A stretch of DNA of 64,000 bases from Pseudomonadales bacterium (lineage in GTDB: Bacteria; Patescibacteriota; Microgenomatia; UBA1400; PJMF01): the NCBI GenBank assembly GCA_020632265.1, contig JACKFW010000001.1, positions 218,981 through 282,980 on the forward strand, written 5' to 3'. Positions 38,093 to 48,638 of the stretch are shown here, one piece after another (within the stretch, counting starts at the first letter, position 1; each line of letters opens with the position of its first letter). The notes under the pieces are model-generated. The model saw only the letters and a list, made by a program, of their open reading frames with translations. It had not been told where the DNA came from and ran no database searches. A program made the translations under genes and the position numbers.

Positions 38093-39739
38093 GTGATAAA
38101 ACTCAAAAATCTTATTAAAAAAATAATTAAAACTGATAAAGTTTTAGATAAACAAACACCAATATTTTTGCTTTCAATTTTAGTATTAGTTTTAAGAATT
38201 CCAAATTTATTTGAACCATATTGGTATGGAGACGAAGGAATATATTTAACTATTGGGCAAAGCCTTAATAAGGGGGCAAAACTTTACTCTGAAATTATCG
38301 ATCATAAAACTCCGATTATCTATTATTTAGCACGAGTTCAAACACAACTTAATTTTCGTCTTCTAAACATAGGATGGATGATTTTTACAACCATAGCATT
38401 TTACTATTTTGCAAAAAAATTATTTAAGTCTGTAAAACAGACAACTTTAGCAACATTTATTTTTATCATTTTTACCTCCTTACCTTGGCTTGAAGGAAAT
38501 ATTCCCAATGGAGAATTGTTTGTTTTGGGTTTTGTGATGACTGGAGCAATAATAATCTCAAATACCGATTATTTTAAAGATTTTTTAAAATCTAATTTGA
38601 AGATTAAAGCTAATTGGCATAGTGTTCTAAAAAATTCAATAAACCTGATCACAGCTGGATTTTTTCTGGGATTAGGAATATTAACCAAAATCCCCGCAAT
38701 TTTAGACCTCGCCGTATTTTTTACCATCGGATACTTTACATTTACAAATAATCTTTTAGTTAACAGTTTTTCAAACAATTTAAAATTATTGGGCAAAAAA
38801 ATAGTTGAAATTGGTTTGCTTTCTCTTGGTGTATTAATTCCAATTTTAATTTCAATCATTTATTTTGTTTCCATAGGATCTGGACAAGAATACCTAGATT
38901 TTGGTCTTTTATATAATTTTAGATATGCTTCAAGTTGGCAATTACCATTTTCAAATCAATTATTAATATTTGCCTTTACCCTTCATGGAAAATTCATAAT
39001 CCTAACTGGAATCATATTATTTATTACTTTACTAAAAAAATACTTTAAACCTCATGTTCAATTTATTTTAAGTTGGTTTGGTTTATCACTTTTTGCTTCC
39101 TTGCTTTCAAATAGACCATACCCACATTATTTTATACAATTAGTTCCACCTCTTTCCTTACTTTTAACTTTAATTATTAAAAATAAATTTCTAATTTTAA
39201 AAAACTTCTTAAAATCCAAAAGACCAGAAATTAATGTAATTTTTCTCAATTTATTTACTGAGTCATTTTTATTAGTTGGGTTTATTGTAGTGATGATTTT
39301 ATTAAATTTTGCACCATATTCGACATCAAAATATTATTTAAATTGGTACAAATTAGTTACAAATAAAATTAACAATCAAGAATATAGACAAACATTTGAT
39401 TATCTAATGACTGATAATTACCTTGCGGCTGAAATTATTAAAGCTTCAGGATCAAAAAACATGTTTATTTGGGGTACAAACCCCATGCTATATGCCCTAA
39501 CTCAGACTCAACCAACTGGAAGATTTACTGTTTCATTTCACATAAAAGATTTTGATGCTTTTGGAGAAACTGTTAGAGATGTAATCAAAAAAGAACCAAC
39601 TTTTATAGTAGTAATGAAGAATGAGGATAATAACTTTCCTATATTTAAATCATATTTAAACCAATATTATCTGCCAAACAACCTTCAATTTGAGCACTTC
39701 ACTCTCTGGAAAAGAAAATATGATAGCCACAACAATTAA
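38093..39739 (+). CDS. GT-C fold glycosyltransferase (ArnT/PMT-like, polyprenyl-phosphate-sugar dependent).
   Basis: The first extracytoplasmic loop YWYGDEGIYLTIGQSL has a DE motif. Twelve or more TM segments over 548 aa. Confidence 0.5.
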   Translation: MIKLKNLIKKIIKTDKVLDKQTPIFLLSILVLVLRIPNLFEPYWYGDEGIYLTIGQSLNKGAKLYSEIIDHKTPIIYYLARVQTQLNFRLLNIGWMIFTTIAFYYFAKKLFKSVKQTTLATFIFIIFTSLPWLEGNIPNGELFVLGFVMTGAIIISNTDYFKDFLKSNLKIKANWHSVLKNSINLITAGFFLGLGILTKIPAILDLAVFFTIGYFTFTNNLLVNSFSNNLKLLGKKIVEIGLLSLGVLIPILISIIYFVSIGSGQEYLDFGLLYNFRYASSWQLPFSNQLLIFAFTLHGKFIILTGIILFITLLKKYFKPHVQFILSWFGLSLFASLLSNRPYPHYFIQLVPPLSLLLTLIIKNKFLILKNFLKSKRPEINVIFLNLFTESFLLVGFIVVMILLNFAPYSTSKYYLNWYKLVTNKINNQEYRQTFDYLMTDNYLAAEIIKASGSKNMFIWGTNPMLYALTQTQPTGRFTVSFHIKDFDAFGETVRDVIKKEPTFIVVMKNEDNNFPIFKSYLNQYYLPNNLQFEHFTLWKRKYDSHNN

Positions 39740-40085
39740 CCCAATAAAAAATAGTTTTGTACCAGAAATTGCAAAAAAGCCTATCTATTTATCATGGATT
39801 GTGGCATTATCTATCTCATTAATTTCGGTAATATTTTATTTTATTTCCCAACCACAGCTTCCAATCTTCTATTCACTTGCAACAAAAAGAGATCAATTAG
39901 CACCAAAAGAATTTATATTTGTTTTTCCGGTAGTATCCTTATGGATGAACGCCTCGCATTTATTCGTCATTAAAATTTTAAAAAACTACTCTCTTTTAAT
40001 GCTGAAACTTTTTGCAATAACCACCGCATTTTTACAAATTATCTTCCTGATATCATTACTAAGAATTATTCTGATAACCATTTGA
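39690..40085 (+). CDS. Small membrane protein (3-4 TM) between glycosyltransferases. Probably starts at the internal Met near 39720.
   Basis: Hydrophobic ORF. It overlaps the preceding gene and resembles the small subunits found in some polyprenyl-glycosyltransferase operons. Confidence 0.3.
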   Translation: MSTSLSGKENMIATTINPIKNSFVPEIAKKPIYLSWIVALSISLISVIFYFISQPQLPIFYSLATKRDQLAPKEFIFVFPVVSLWMNASHLFVIKILKNYSLLMLKLFAITTAFLQIIFLISLLRIILITI

Positions 40086-40086
40086 T

Positions 40087-41142
40087 ATGATTCCATTTCT
40101 AATTGCATTATTATCAAGCTTTATTATTACTCCGATAATTATTAGTATTTATACCAAAAAAAATTGGTTAGATAATCCTATTCAAACTATTCATGTAAAA
40201 AAAACTCACTCAAAGCCTATTCCTAGAGGAGGAGGTTTAGTAATTTTTTTTGGGATTCTTGTAACATCTTTGATATTTTTACAATTTGATCAGCATTTAA
40301 TTGCAATTTTTATAGGAGCATTTTTATTAACTCTAGTTGGTACGTTGGATGATATTTATGATCTGCATCCAGCAATTAGGCTAGCTACCGGGCTAGTGGC
40401 GTCCCTCATTGTAGTTGGTTCTGGTATTGGAGTAGCATATATTACAAATCCTTTTGGACCTGGAGTAATTCATTTAAATCAACCTCAAATTTTACTAAAT
40501 TTATTTGGTACAACAAAATCAATTTGGGTATTAGCTGATATTTTTGCTTTATTTTTTATCATCTGGAATATGAATATTGTTAATTGGTCAAAAGGAGTTG
40601 ATGGACAAATGCCAGGATTTGTTAGTATCGCATTAATTTTTATTGGAATATTGTCAACGAGGTTTATAGATGATCCAACACAATTTAACACAGCCTATCT
40701 ATCTTTTATTGTTGCAGGAGCATTTGCTGGATTATTAATTTGGAATTGGTACCCTCAACGAATTTTGCCCGGTTATGGAGCTGGTTCATTAGCAGGATAC
40801 TTCCTTGCAATTCTAGCCATTCTTTCGGGTGCAAAAATTGCCACAGTTTTTATGGTATTAGGTTTACCTACTGCAGATGCAATTTTTACAATTATGAGAA
40901 GAATAATCGCTGGCAAATCACCTCTTTGGGGTGATCGTGGTCACATGCATCACAAAATGCTGGATGTTTTAAAATGGGGACGACGCAGAATTGCAGTTTT
41001 TTATTGGGCAAGTAGTTTTTTTCTTGGATTTTTATCGCTGTACTTGAATACTTCTGGAAAGTTAGTTACAATGTCAATAGTTTTTATTTTAGTTTTTGGC
41101 TTTTTAATTTGGGTTAAGATAAATAAAAAAGGATTAAGATAA
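40087..41142 (+). CDS. Polyprenyl-phosphate N-acetylhexosamine-1-phosphate transferase (WecA/MraY/WbcO family, GT4).
   Basis: NMNIVNWSKGVDGQMPG resembles NxxNxxDGxDG. C-terminal GDRGHMHHKMLDV resembles the DRxHxHH motif of WecA/TagO. Ten to eleven TM segments. Confidence 0.75.
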   Translation: MIPFLIALLSSFIITPIIISIYTKKNWLDNPIQTIHVKKTHSKPIPRGGGLVIFFGILVTSLIFLQFDQHLIAIFIGAFLLTLVGTLDDIYDLHPAIRLATGLVASLIVVGSGIGVAYITNPFGPGVIHLNQPQILLNLFGTTKSIWVLADIFALFFIIWNMNIVNWSKGVDGQMPGFVSIALIFIGILSTRFIDDPTQFNTAYLSFIVAGAFAGLLIWNWYPQRILPGYGAGSLAGYFLAILAILSGAKIATVFMVLGLPTADAIFTIMRRIIAGKSPLWGDRGHMHHKMLDVLKWGRRRIAVFYWASSFFLGFLSLYLNTSGKLVTMSIVFILVFGFLIWVKINKKGLR

Positions 41143-41156
41143 AAATTATTCATAAT

Positions 41157-42137
41157 ATGATCAGCATTCCTTTAAAAAAACCCTTTAATCAATCATTCGT
41201 ATATCTTGTTGCTAAAACCGCTAGACCACAACAATGGATAAAAAATCTAGCACTTTACGCAGCGTTAGTATTTTCTGGATTTTTTTTCTACCATCCGGCA
41301 GGAGAACCTTCATATTTTATGACGGTATCTTATGCATTTGTAGTTTTTAGTATTCTCACTTCAAGTATTTATTTTATAAATGATATTGTTGATTTTGAAT
41401 CTGACAAGCAACATCCTTTCAAAAAGAAAAGACCCATTGCGTCTGAATTGCTTAGCAGAAGTTCAGCCCTGAAGATTTCTTTACTTGGTCTATTTTTAGT
41501 TTTTATTTTATCAACTGGTTTAGCGCTATTTTTCAGAATCTTACTTCTAGCATATTTTTTACTTCAAATATTGTATTCCAAAAAACTCAAACATATTCCT
41601 ATCATTGATGTTGTTTCCATTGCCTCAGGGTTTTTGATAAGAATATATGCAGGAGCGGTTGTCATTAATCTTCATATGAGTGTTTGGTTTTTACTCACAG
41701 TGGTTTCTGCTTCATTATTTTTAGCAGTTGGAAAAAGACAGAGCGAAAGAACTTTGTTGGGAAATGAAAGTAATATTGGAACGACTCGACAATCTCTCAA
41801 ACGCTATAGCCAAAGACTTCTTGACCAGTATACTGGAATGTTTGCAAATGCTACTTGGCTCACTTATGCTCTCTTTGCATTTCAAAATGAAATCAGTGCA
41901 CCTAGACAAAAAATAGAATTAATTTACACATTCTTGCCCAAAGCACTTCACTCTCAAAAACTTTTAATGCTCACTATACCATTTGTAATTTTTGGCGTCA
42001 TGAGATATCTACAACTTGTCTACGAAAACAACCAAGGAGAATCACCTGAAAAAGTACTTTTAAACGATAAACCACTTTTAATCACGGTTGGATTATTTGG
42101 TGCAATAGTAATGTTTGTTACCTATATCCTAACTTAA
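41157..42137 (+). CDS. UbiA-family prenyl/phosphoribosyl transferase, decaprenyl-phosphate phosphoribosyltransferase (DPPR synthase)-like.
   Basis: YFINDIVDFESDKQHPFKKKRPIAS has the Asp-rich motif NDxxDxExD followed by HPxKxxRPIA, as in the Rv3806c-type subgroup. Eight to nine TM segments. Confidence 0.55.
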   Translation: MISIPLKKPFNQSFVYLVAKTARPQQWIKNLALYAALVFSGFFFYHPAGEPSYFMTVSYAFVVFSILTSSIYFINDIVDFESDKQHPFKKKRPIASELLSRSSALKISLLGLFLVFILSTGLALFFRILLLAYFLLQILYSKKLKHIPIIDVVSIASGFLIRIYAGAVVINLHMSVWFLLTVVSASLFLAVGKRQSERTLLGNESNIGTTRQSLKRYSQRLLDQYTGMFANATWLTYALFAFQNEISAPRQKIELIYTFLPKALHSQKLLMLTIPFVIFGVMRYLQLVYENNQGESPEKVLLNDKPLLITVGLFGAIVMFVTYILT

Positions 42138-42140
42138 ATT

Positions 42141-43493
42141 ATGAAGAAATTTGTTTCAAAGTACTACCCTCAATTATTACTGATAATTTTAGCCTTCTCA
42201 TTTTTTACTCGAATTTATAATCTTCACTTACCAGAAAAATATGTCTTTGATGAAGTCTACCATGCTGTGACAGCTAAATTAATTGCCGACAACAATCCAA
42301 TGGCATTTGAATGGAATAACACACCACCAGAACCCAATACTGCCATAGATTGGTTGCATCCTCCAATTGCAAAATATACTCAAGCTCTATCAATGAATTT
42401 ACTTTCAAAGAATTCATTTGGCTGGAGATTTAGCTCGGCAATCTTTGGAGTAATTGCAATTTTTTTAACAGCCAAACTTGCATATAATCTTTTTCATTCT
42501 AAATCGGTTGCATTAATTGCGGCACTTATAACATCATTGGATGGTTTGGTCCTAACAATGTCTAGAATTGCTATGAATGACATCCATGTAACAGTGTTCA
42601 TCCTCATGACTTTAAACTTCTATATTATTTATCTAAATACAAAGAGAACCGATAAAAAATTTCTTTTCTTTTCTGCAGCTTTTTCAGGAATAGCCATGGG
42701 CACAAAATGGTCTGGATTTTTTGCCTTAATAATAATCGGATTTTTTGAAACCATTAATTTACTTATAACTTTTTTTCATCGAGAAAAAATGGAAAAATTA
42801 AGTACAAAAATTCGCACATTTTTTAAAGAATTTTTATTTTTATTTACTTTGTTAATTATTTTACCCGGAACAATTTACATACTTTCATATAGTCAAATGT
42901 TTTTACAAGGAAAGAACTTCAATCATTTTATTGGATTGCATAAGAATATCTGGTCATATCAAACATCTCTTGTTGCTACCCACCCCGCACAATCAAAACC
43001 TATTGAATGGTTCTTAAACACTAAACCTGTTTGGATTTATGCTAATTGGCAAACAAATAAACGAGCAGATATATATGCTGTCGGTAATCCTATTCTTTTC
43101 TGGATTTCAGACATCTTTGTATTTATTAGTTTAATTTACAGTATATTTATTATTAAACACTATTATCAATCTAAAAAAATTGATTCAAAAAACTTAAATT
43201 TTTTACATTTAATAATTATGTATTTCGCTGTCTGGATTCCTTGGCAGTTTTCTCCCAGAATAATGTTCTTCTATCACTATCTCCCAGCAGTACCATTGCT
43301 TTGTATAAATACAGCCTACTGGCTAAATAAAATGATGCAAAAATCAAAGAATCAAAAAAAACTAGCAATATTAATTATCATGAGTTTTCTGATTACATTT
43401 ATAATTTGGTATCCTCATTGGACAGGCATATTTGTATCAGATGAGCTAAAAGAGTCCTTGTATTTTGCGCTTGATTCTTGGCAGCAAAAATAA
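42141..43493 (+). CDS. GT-C fold glycosyltransferase, GT39 (PMT-like)/ArnT-like.
   Basis: Loop-1 motif YVFDEVYHAV, as in the PMT DE motif FDEVHF. Polytopic, 450 aa. Confidence 0.55.
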   Translation: MKKFVSKYYPQLLLIILAFSFFTRIYNLHLPEKYVFDEVYHAVTAKLIADNNPMAFEWNNTPPEPNTAIDWLHPPIAKYTQALSMNLLSKNSFGWRFSSAIFGVIAIFLTAKLAYNLFHSKSVALIAALITSLDGLVLTMSRIAMNDIHVTVFILMTLNFYIIYLNTKRTDKKFLFFSAAFSGIAMGTKWSGFFALIIIGFFETINLLITFFHREKMEKLSTKIRTFFKEFLFLFTLLIILPGTIYILSYSQMFLQGKNFNHFIGLHKNIWSYQTSLVATHPAQSKPIEWFLNTKPVWIYANWQTNKRADIYAVGNPILFWISDIFVFISLIYSIFIIKHYYQSKKIDSKNLNFLHLIIMYFAVWIPWQFSPRIMFFYHYLPAVPLLCINTAYWLNKMMQKSKNQKKLAILIIMSFLITFIIWYPHWTGIFVSDELKESLYFALDSWQQK

Positions 43494-43501
43494 ATTAATT
43501 T

Positions 43502-44200
43502 TTAATTCCAATATTCAGGATATTCATTTAGAATATTATTAATTTCTTCGTTATCTGCATTTGGAATTAATGGTAAATAATTGTGCAAATGAATTTTATC
43601 CTGAGCAAATAATATCACAACTTTATTAATAAATTTTTGAATTATTTTAACATTATCGATATTTTTAATACAAATTAGATTATCAATCAAAGAATTTGAA
43701 TGTTGGCTACTTAAATCAGATTGCCGATTTATTCTAATATTGAGATTTCCTAAATTAAATTTTTTTTGGAAGAACATTTTTTTGGCAACTGTTACACTTT
43801 TTATAGCTTCTAAAGGAAGTAAAGTAATTTTATAACTAAGCGGAAACTTCGTAGTAATATTGATAATTTTGTCAGAACTAATAATACATATATTCTTCAT
43901 CCAAATAGATTTCAACCACCACCATCCCAAAAATAAAATAAGCGAAGAAATCGCTGTGATAAATAGATTCACTGCTTCTAAATTTTTGATTATAAAATAT
44001 TTACTCAGTACCTTCACAAAATAATATCCAAAATTTAAAAATATAAACGAGAAAAAAAACAATAATGCTCTTTTTAAATTCAAATAAGCTTTGCTTTGCC
44101 TAAATACATATAAGATTGACTCATTTTCATATTGATAGGGAAAATTATAACTGTATGGAAAACTAAATGATTCAGTTAAAATAATATTTTTCTTTTTCAT
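43502..44200 (-). CDS. Membrane protein with two N-terminal TM helices and a possible bacterial PH-like (YdbS/YdbT-type) domain.
   Basis: Hydrophobic segments LLFFFSFIFLNFGYYFV and ITAISSLILFLGWWWL are followed by a soluble domain. The start is 1 nt after the stop of the helicase-nuclease gene. Confidence 0.3.
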   Translation of the reverse strand: MKKKNIILTESFSFPYSYNFPYQYENESILYVFRQSKAYLNLKRALLFFFSFIFLNFGYYFVKVLSKYFIIKNLEAVNLFITAISSLILFLGWWWLKSIWMKNICIISSDKIINITTKFPLSYKITLLPLEAIKSVTVAKKMFFQKKFNLGNLNIRINRQSDLSSQHSNSLIDNLICIKNIDNVKIIQKFINKVVILFAQDKIHLHNYLPLIPNADNEEINNILNEYPEYWN

Positions 44201-44201
44201 A

Positions 44202-47200
44202 TTATTTTTGATTTAAAAAACCTAGCTCCCTGATCTCCCTCATTACTTCAATAATTACGACTTTTAGGTCTTCTACTGCTTGAGTTGAAATAGTAAATTG
44301 TCTCTGTATGTGCTTTTCGTCACCATTGCTAGAAATTGATGGCTCAACAAAATCAAAAACAGCCTGAGCTACATTGTATTTAAATGTTTTATCAAGCATA
44401 GTGAGCAATTTATAAAATACTAATTGTCGCTTATACCTACCTCTAATGGTTTCGGGAAGTTTAAGCTCTCTGTCTGAATAATCATCAATATATGTTTTTC
44501 CCTCAATTTGAGCATCTGTTTTTGACTTTCCAGTTTTATAATGAATAATTCTGACCAACTTATTATCAGCATCAATTAAATCTACTCTATCAATTCTTCC
44601 TGATAATTTAATTTCATTTTCAGCATCCATTAAAACTGCTTTACAAAAATTACCACCAAAATACCTTTCAATAAATAATGGTTTTGATACATTGTTTTTA
44701 ATTTCTTCATAATAAAAGCTTAGAACTTTAATGCCTCTTTCTTTTCTTTCTTCAAAATCTAATGACGATAGATTTTCATTTTTTAATGATCTCATAAAAT
44801 CATTTTGAAATTCTGTCAAACTAATAACTTGATTATTAATTGTAAATTTTTTATAAAATTGTTCTAAAGCATAATGAACTGAGGTTCCAAAAGACATAAC
44901 AGGATTTTTTTCTCTAGGAACCCTCAACAATGTATTTAGTATAAATTCATTTTTATCTTTCAAATAATTATTGAGAGCAGTAACTGACATCTTAAATTCG
45001 CTAACCAGCTGTCTAAAAAATTCAATTTCTAAGTCAGTTGAAGAAGTTCCATCAGCTGTCACTTGAAGCATTTCTTCTATTAACTTTTCTGCTTTAACAT
45101 TCAATTTATCTTTATAATTTGAGTCAACAACTGTGATGAAGTCCGCTATTTCTTTTATGAACATACTCATTATGAGTTCACGATTTTTTCCACCAGAAAT
45201 CTTTGTCTGAGGGTAAGAAATAAAAACTTGTTTTTTGGCTCTTGTAATTGCAACGTAGAATAATCGGCGATCATCTTCATTTTTTTCTTTTTTTGAAATA
45301 TCAGTATTAGTTAAAATATGCGTTGGAAGAGGAATCATATCCCGTTTCTGTTTATTTCCCCATTTTTTATCAACACAATTTAAAATAAAAACATACTGCC
45401 ATTCTTGACCTTTGGCCTTATGAACTGTTGACAATTTAATTCGCCCACGAGCAATATTTAACATTTCAGTTTTAAGAACAATGTTATGCTCTCGCATTAT
45501 CTGAATATTCAACAAAAATTTACTTAAATTTAATTCAACATCCTGAGAAAGGGTTTGCTTGATATGAGAGAACAAAGTATTTAATGCAATTAAGTGATTA
45601 ACTTTCGTTGGTTTTGACAAAATATTATCCAAGAATCCAAAGCCACTTTTATCATTTTCTTGTACATCAGGCTTCTGATCGTCCCAATCTTTTGATATAA
45701 AATTTGAATTAATTACTAAACTAAACCACTTATTAAATAAAAGATTGTGACTATTTTTTTGCCAATAAATTAATTTGTCCCTAAATTCAACTATTTTTTC
45801 AAATTCATGCTGATTAAGATCATACTTTTTGTCTAAATTTTCATATTTTGTGCTGATAATCGTAAATATTTCTTCTTTTTCTTTAGCTGCTATTCTCGCA
45901 ACTTTCATGACAGTTAAACTATCTAAATTTATCCAATCAAACATCATTACTTCAAAAATTAAATCCGTTTCACTACCATTGGAAATTCCATTAATAACTT
46001 TAAAAAGTTTTAATAATTGAATAATTAACTTGTCCTTAAGAGCATTGTCCGCACTGTTTGAATCATGAACCACATTCTCTTTTTCCAATATTTCACTAAT
46101 CTCTAAAGAATCGGAATTATCTTTATACAAAACTGCAATTTCTTCTGGATTGACTCCGAGTTTAATTAATTTTTTTATTTCCTCAACTACAAAAAGTTTC
46201 TCTGTAAAAGATGAATTTGCTTCAAAAAGTCTAATTGGATCATTTTGATTGTTTACACTTTTTAATCTTGTTAGTAGCGAAGTTTTAATAGTTTTATCAG
46301 TAAATTGATTTACGGAATTATTTGAAAAATTTATTCCCAACTCATTATTTTCAATTAAATTATGAGCGGCGTCATAAATTATCTGGCTACATCGATATCC
46401 AGTTTGAAGAGTAATTACTTTTGCATTTGGATATTTATTTACAAATCCCAACATATTTTCCACCGAAGCACCTTGAAACCGATAAATTGATTGATGTGGA
46501 TCACCAACGACAAAAATATTAGGCTGATTATCCTGATCCGTGCACAATAAATCCACAATTTTATTTTGAGCAGAATTTGTATCTTGATATTCGTCAACTA
46601 ATACATACTGAAATTTCTCTTTGTAATCTAATAAAATTTCTTCATCTTTTTCGAATATCTCAACTATTAGAGAAATCATATCGTCAAAATCAAATCTTAA
46701 ATTAGCTCTTAATTCTGCTTCATACTTTACATATAGCAAATATAATTCCTTTTGCTTATTTAAATCTTTTGTTCTTTTAATTTTTTGAACTTTTTTTAAA
46801 TCATCAATTTCATTTTCTAAAATTTCTTCTTCAGCATTTAAAATACTTTCAAACTTTTCCAAACTTATATTTTCTCTTTTTAAATTTGAAATTTGAGAAA
46901 TAATATCTTTTAAATAACAGAGTGGATTGTTTAAAGGCTTAAGTATCTGTAAATTTGTCTCAAAAATAATTTTTTCAAATATTTCAAATCTCTCAATATC
47001 TGATAATGGTTTACTTCCTCTATCAATTGGAAACTTGTCCGGATATTGAGCAATTACTTCACTTGCAAAAGAATGAAAAGTACTGATTGCAACGTAGTAA
47101 CCTTCATTACCGATCATTTCAACAATACGCTCCCGCATATTTTTTGCAGCTGCCTCAGTAAAAGTAAGAGCTAAAATATTTGAAGGATCTACATCCTGAA

Positions 47201-47378
47201 TTTTTAAAATATTTGCAATTCTACTTGCTAAAACTTGAGTTTTACCGGTACCAGGTCCTGCAATCACCATTACTGGTCCTTCGATAGAATCAACTGCAAC
47301 TCTTTGGTCTGAATTGAGCTTTTGGTAGATGGAGGCGAAATTTTTGTATTCCTGCATTAAATGTCTAAGTAAAGCCAA
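44202..47378 (-). CDS. UvrD/PcrA/AddA-like SF1 helicase fused to a C-terminal RecB-family PD-(D/E)xK nuclease domain (1058 aa).
   Basis: Helicase motifs: Q (LNSDQRVAV), I (AGPGTGKT), II (VDEYQDTN), III (VGDPHQSIYRF), IV (GYRC), V (TVHKAKGQEWQYVFIL), VI (RRLFYVAITRAKKQVFISY). C-terminal nuclease motifs: GRIDRVDLID, IIHYKTGKS, YKRQLVFYKLL. Confidence 0.8.
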   Translation of the reverse strand: MALLRHLMQEYKNFASIYQKLNSDQRVAVDSIEGPVMVIAGPGTGKTQVLASRIANILKIQDVDPSNILALTFTEAAAKNMRERIVEMIGNEGYYVAISTFHSFASEVIAQYPDKFPIDRGSKPLSDIERFEIFEKIIFETNLQILKPLNNPLCYLKDIISQISNLKRENISLEKFESILNAEEEILENEIDDLKKVQKIKRTKDLNKQKELYLLYVKYEAELRANLRFDFDDMISLIVEIFEKDEEILLDYKEKFQYVLVDEYQDTNSAQNKIVDLLCTDQDNQPNIFVVGDPHQSIYRFQGASVENMLGFVNKYPNAKVITLQTGYRCSQIIYDAAHNLIENNELGINFSNNSVNQFTDKTIKTSLLTRLKSVNNQNDPIRLFEANSSFTEKLFVVEEIKKLIKLGVNPEEIAVLYKDNSDSLEISEILEKENVVHDSNSADNALKDKLIIQLLKLFKVINGISNGSETDLIFEVMMFDWINLDSLTVMKVARIAAKEKEEIFTIISTKYENLDKKYDLNQHEFEKIVEFRDKLIYWQKNSHNLLFNKWFSLVINSNFISKDWDDQKPDVQENDKSGFGFLDNILSKPTKVNHLIALNTLFSHIKQTLSQDVELNLSKFLLNIQIMREHNIVLKTEMLNIARGRIKLSTVHKAKGQEWQYVFILNCVDKKWGNKQKRDMIPLPTHILTNTDISKKEKNEDDRRLFYVAITRAKKQVFISYPQTKISGGKNRELIMSMFIKEIADFITVVDSNYKDKLNVKAEKLIEEMLQVTADGTSSTDLEIEFFRQLVSEFKMSVTALNNYLKDKNEFILNTLLRVPREKNPVMSFGTSVHYALEQFYKKFTINNQVISLTEFQNDFMRSLKNENLSSLDFEERKERGIKVLSFYYEEIKNNVSKPLFIERYFGGNFCKAVLMDAENEIKLSGRIDRVDLIDADNKLVRIIHYKTGKSKTDAQIEGKTYIDDYSDRELKLPETIRGRYKRQLVFYKLLTMLDKTFKYNVAQAVFDFVEPSISSNGDEKHIQRQFTISTQAVEDLKVVIIEVMREIRELGFLNQK

Positions 47379-47454
47379 AAATTTATAAACTGATTAATTA
47401 TTTTGATTCTTGGACTATATTTTTTCTAATTATTTTAGTTTTCAATCTCCTGAT

Positions 47455-48633
47455 CTAATTTTTATCTGCCAACTTTTTTAGTTGTTCATGTCCTTCATCT
47501 AATAATTCCAGTTGCTTTATAGTTGGCAAGCTACCGCCAATAATTCCTTGTAAATCTCCATACATACTAGAGGTACTTAAAATAACCTTTTCGATTTCTT
47601 TTTCTCGTTTACTCCAAATTCTTGAAAAAGATCTTTTCTCCGTTTCTAAATCCTGCTTCATATTCACAAAGGCCATTACAATATTTTCTATACGATTTTT
47701 GAACTGAGCTCCAGACAGATATTTATATAACATGTTCATTTTTTCATCTCTACCAACCAAAGATTGCTTAACTTTTGCAACTTCAATTAATTGAATACGC
47801 AATGCGTTTACCAACGGAATAATATAGGCATAAGAAACAATCCAAACACCATTTCTCAAACCAAATCCTTTAATATCTTCGGGAAAAATTTGAGTGACCA
47901 AAATTGCAATATCTGCTTTAACTAAACCTTGATCACTCTTGAGTTTGGAGATCCAACTTTCACTAAATGCCTTAGTATTTTTTGATTCCCAAATGATTGT
48001 TCCATCATGACTGCCAATTTTTGCATTGACTTTTTGTACTAAATCAGCGCCTTTAGCTCCAGTTGCAACATCACTAATTTCATCAGTTACAAATCTGGAA
48101 ATTAACAATGCTTTCAAATCATCTTCTTGAACTTCTCCTTGAATTTGTTGCGAACCCTGCTCCGCCTTTCTCTTCAACTCATTAATAGTTTTATTAAGCA
48201 TCTCCATTTGCTTATCTTTTTCTTGAATTTTAAAACGATATTGCTCTTCTTCAAACTTTTTAGTTGACTCAATAATTTTTTTTCGCTCTTCATCCATTTT
48301 TCGAGCCATTTCTAATTCAAAAGTTTTTTCTTTTGCTTCAAGTTCGCGAGCTTTTTTTCTTAGTTCCAATTCAAATTTTTCTGCTTCTTCAAGCTTTTGA
48401 GAGTTTATTTTTAATTCCTCTCTCAACTCCTTTAATTCTTTTGCTTGTAGATTTTTTTTAAGTAAATTCTCCTTTTCAAATTTTTCACTAGCCTTCTCTT
48501 GAGCAAGTTTCCATAATCTTTTTTTCTCAAGAGCAAGTTCTTCATCAAACTTATGTTTCATTTGTTCTGAAAGTGCTTTGCTTAGTGGAATTAATTTACC
48601 GCAATCTGGACATTTAATTTGTTGATCTGTCAT
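47455..48633 (-). CDS. Zn-ribbon, long coiled-coil and C-terminal PD-(D/E)xK-like domain protein (DUF2130-like).
   Basis: N-terminal IKCPDCGKLIP, then approximately 150 aa of E/K-rich heptad coiled coil. C-terminal ...GAKGADLVQKV...GTIIWESKNTK fits the D...(E/D)xK nuclease core. Confidence 0.45.
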   Translation of the reverse strand: MTDQQIKCPDCGKLIPLSKALSEQMKHKFDEELALEKKRLWKLAQEKASEKFEKENLLKKNLQAKELKELREELKINSQKLEEAEKFELELRKKARELEAKEKTFELEMARKMDEERKKIIESTKKFEEEQYRFKIQEKDKQMEMLNKTINELKRKAEQGSQQIQGEVQEDDLKALLISRFVTDEISDVATGAKGADLVQKVNAKIGSHDGTIIWESKNTKAFSESWISKLKSDQGLVKADIAILVTQIFPEDIKGFGLRNGVWIVSYAYIIPLVNALRIQLIEVAKVKQSLVGRDEKMNMLYKYLSGAQFKNRIENIVMAFVNMKQDLETEKRSFSRIWSKREKEIEKVILSTSSMYGDLQGIIGGSLPTIKQLELLDEGHEQLKKLADKN

Positions 48634-48638
48634 AAAGA

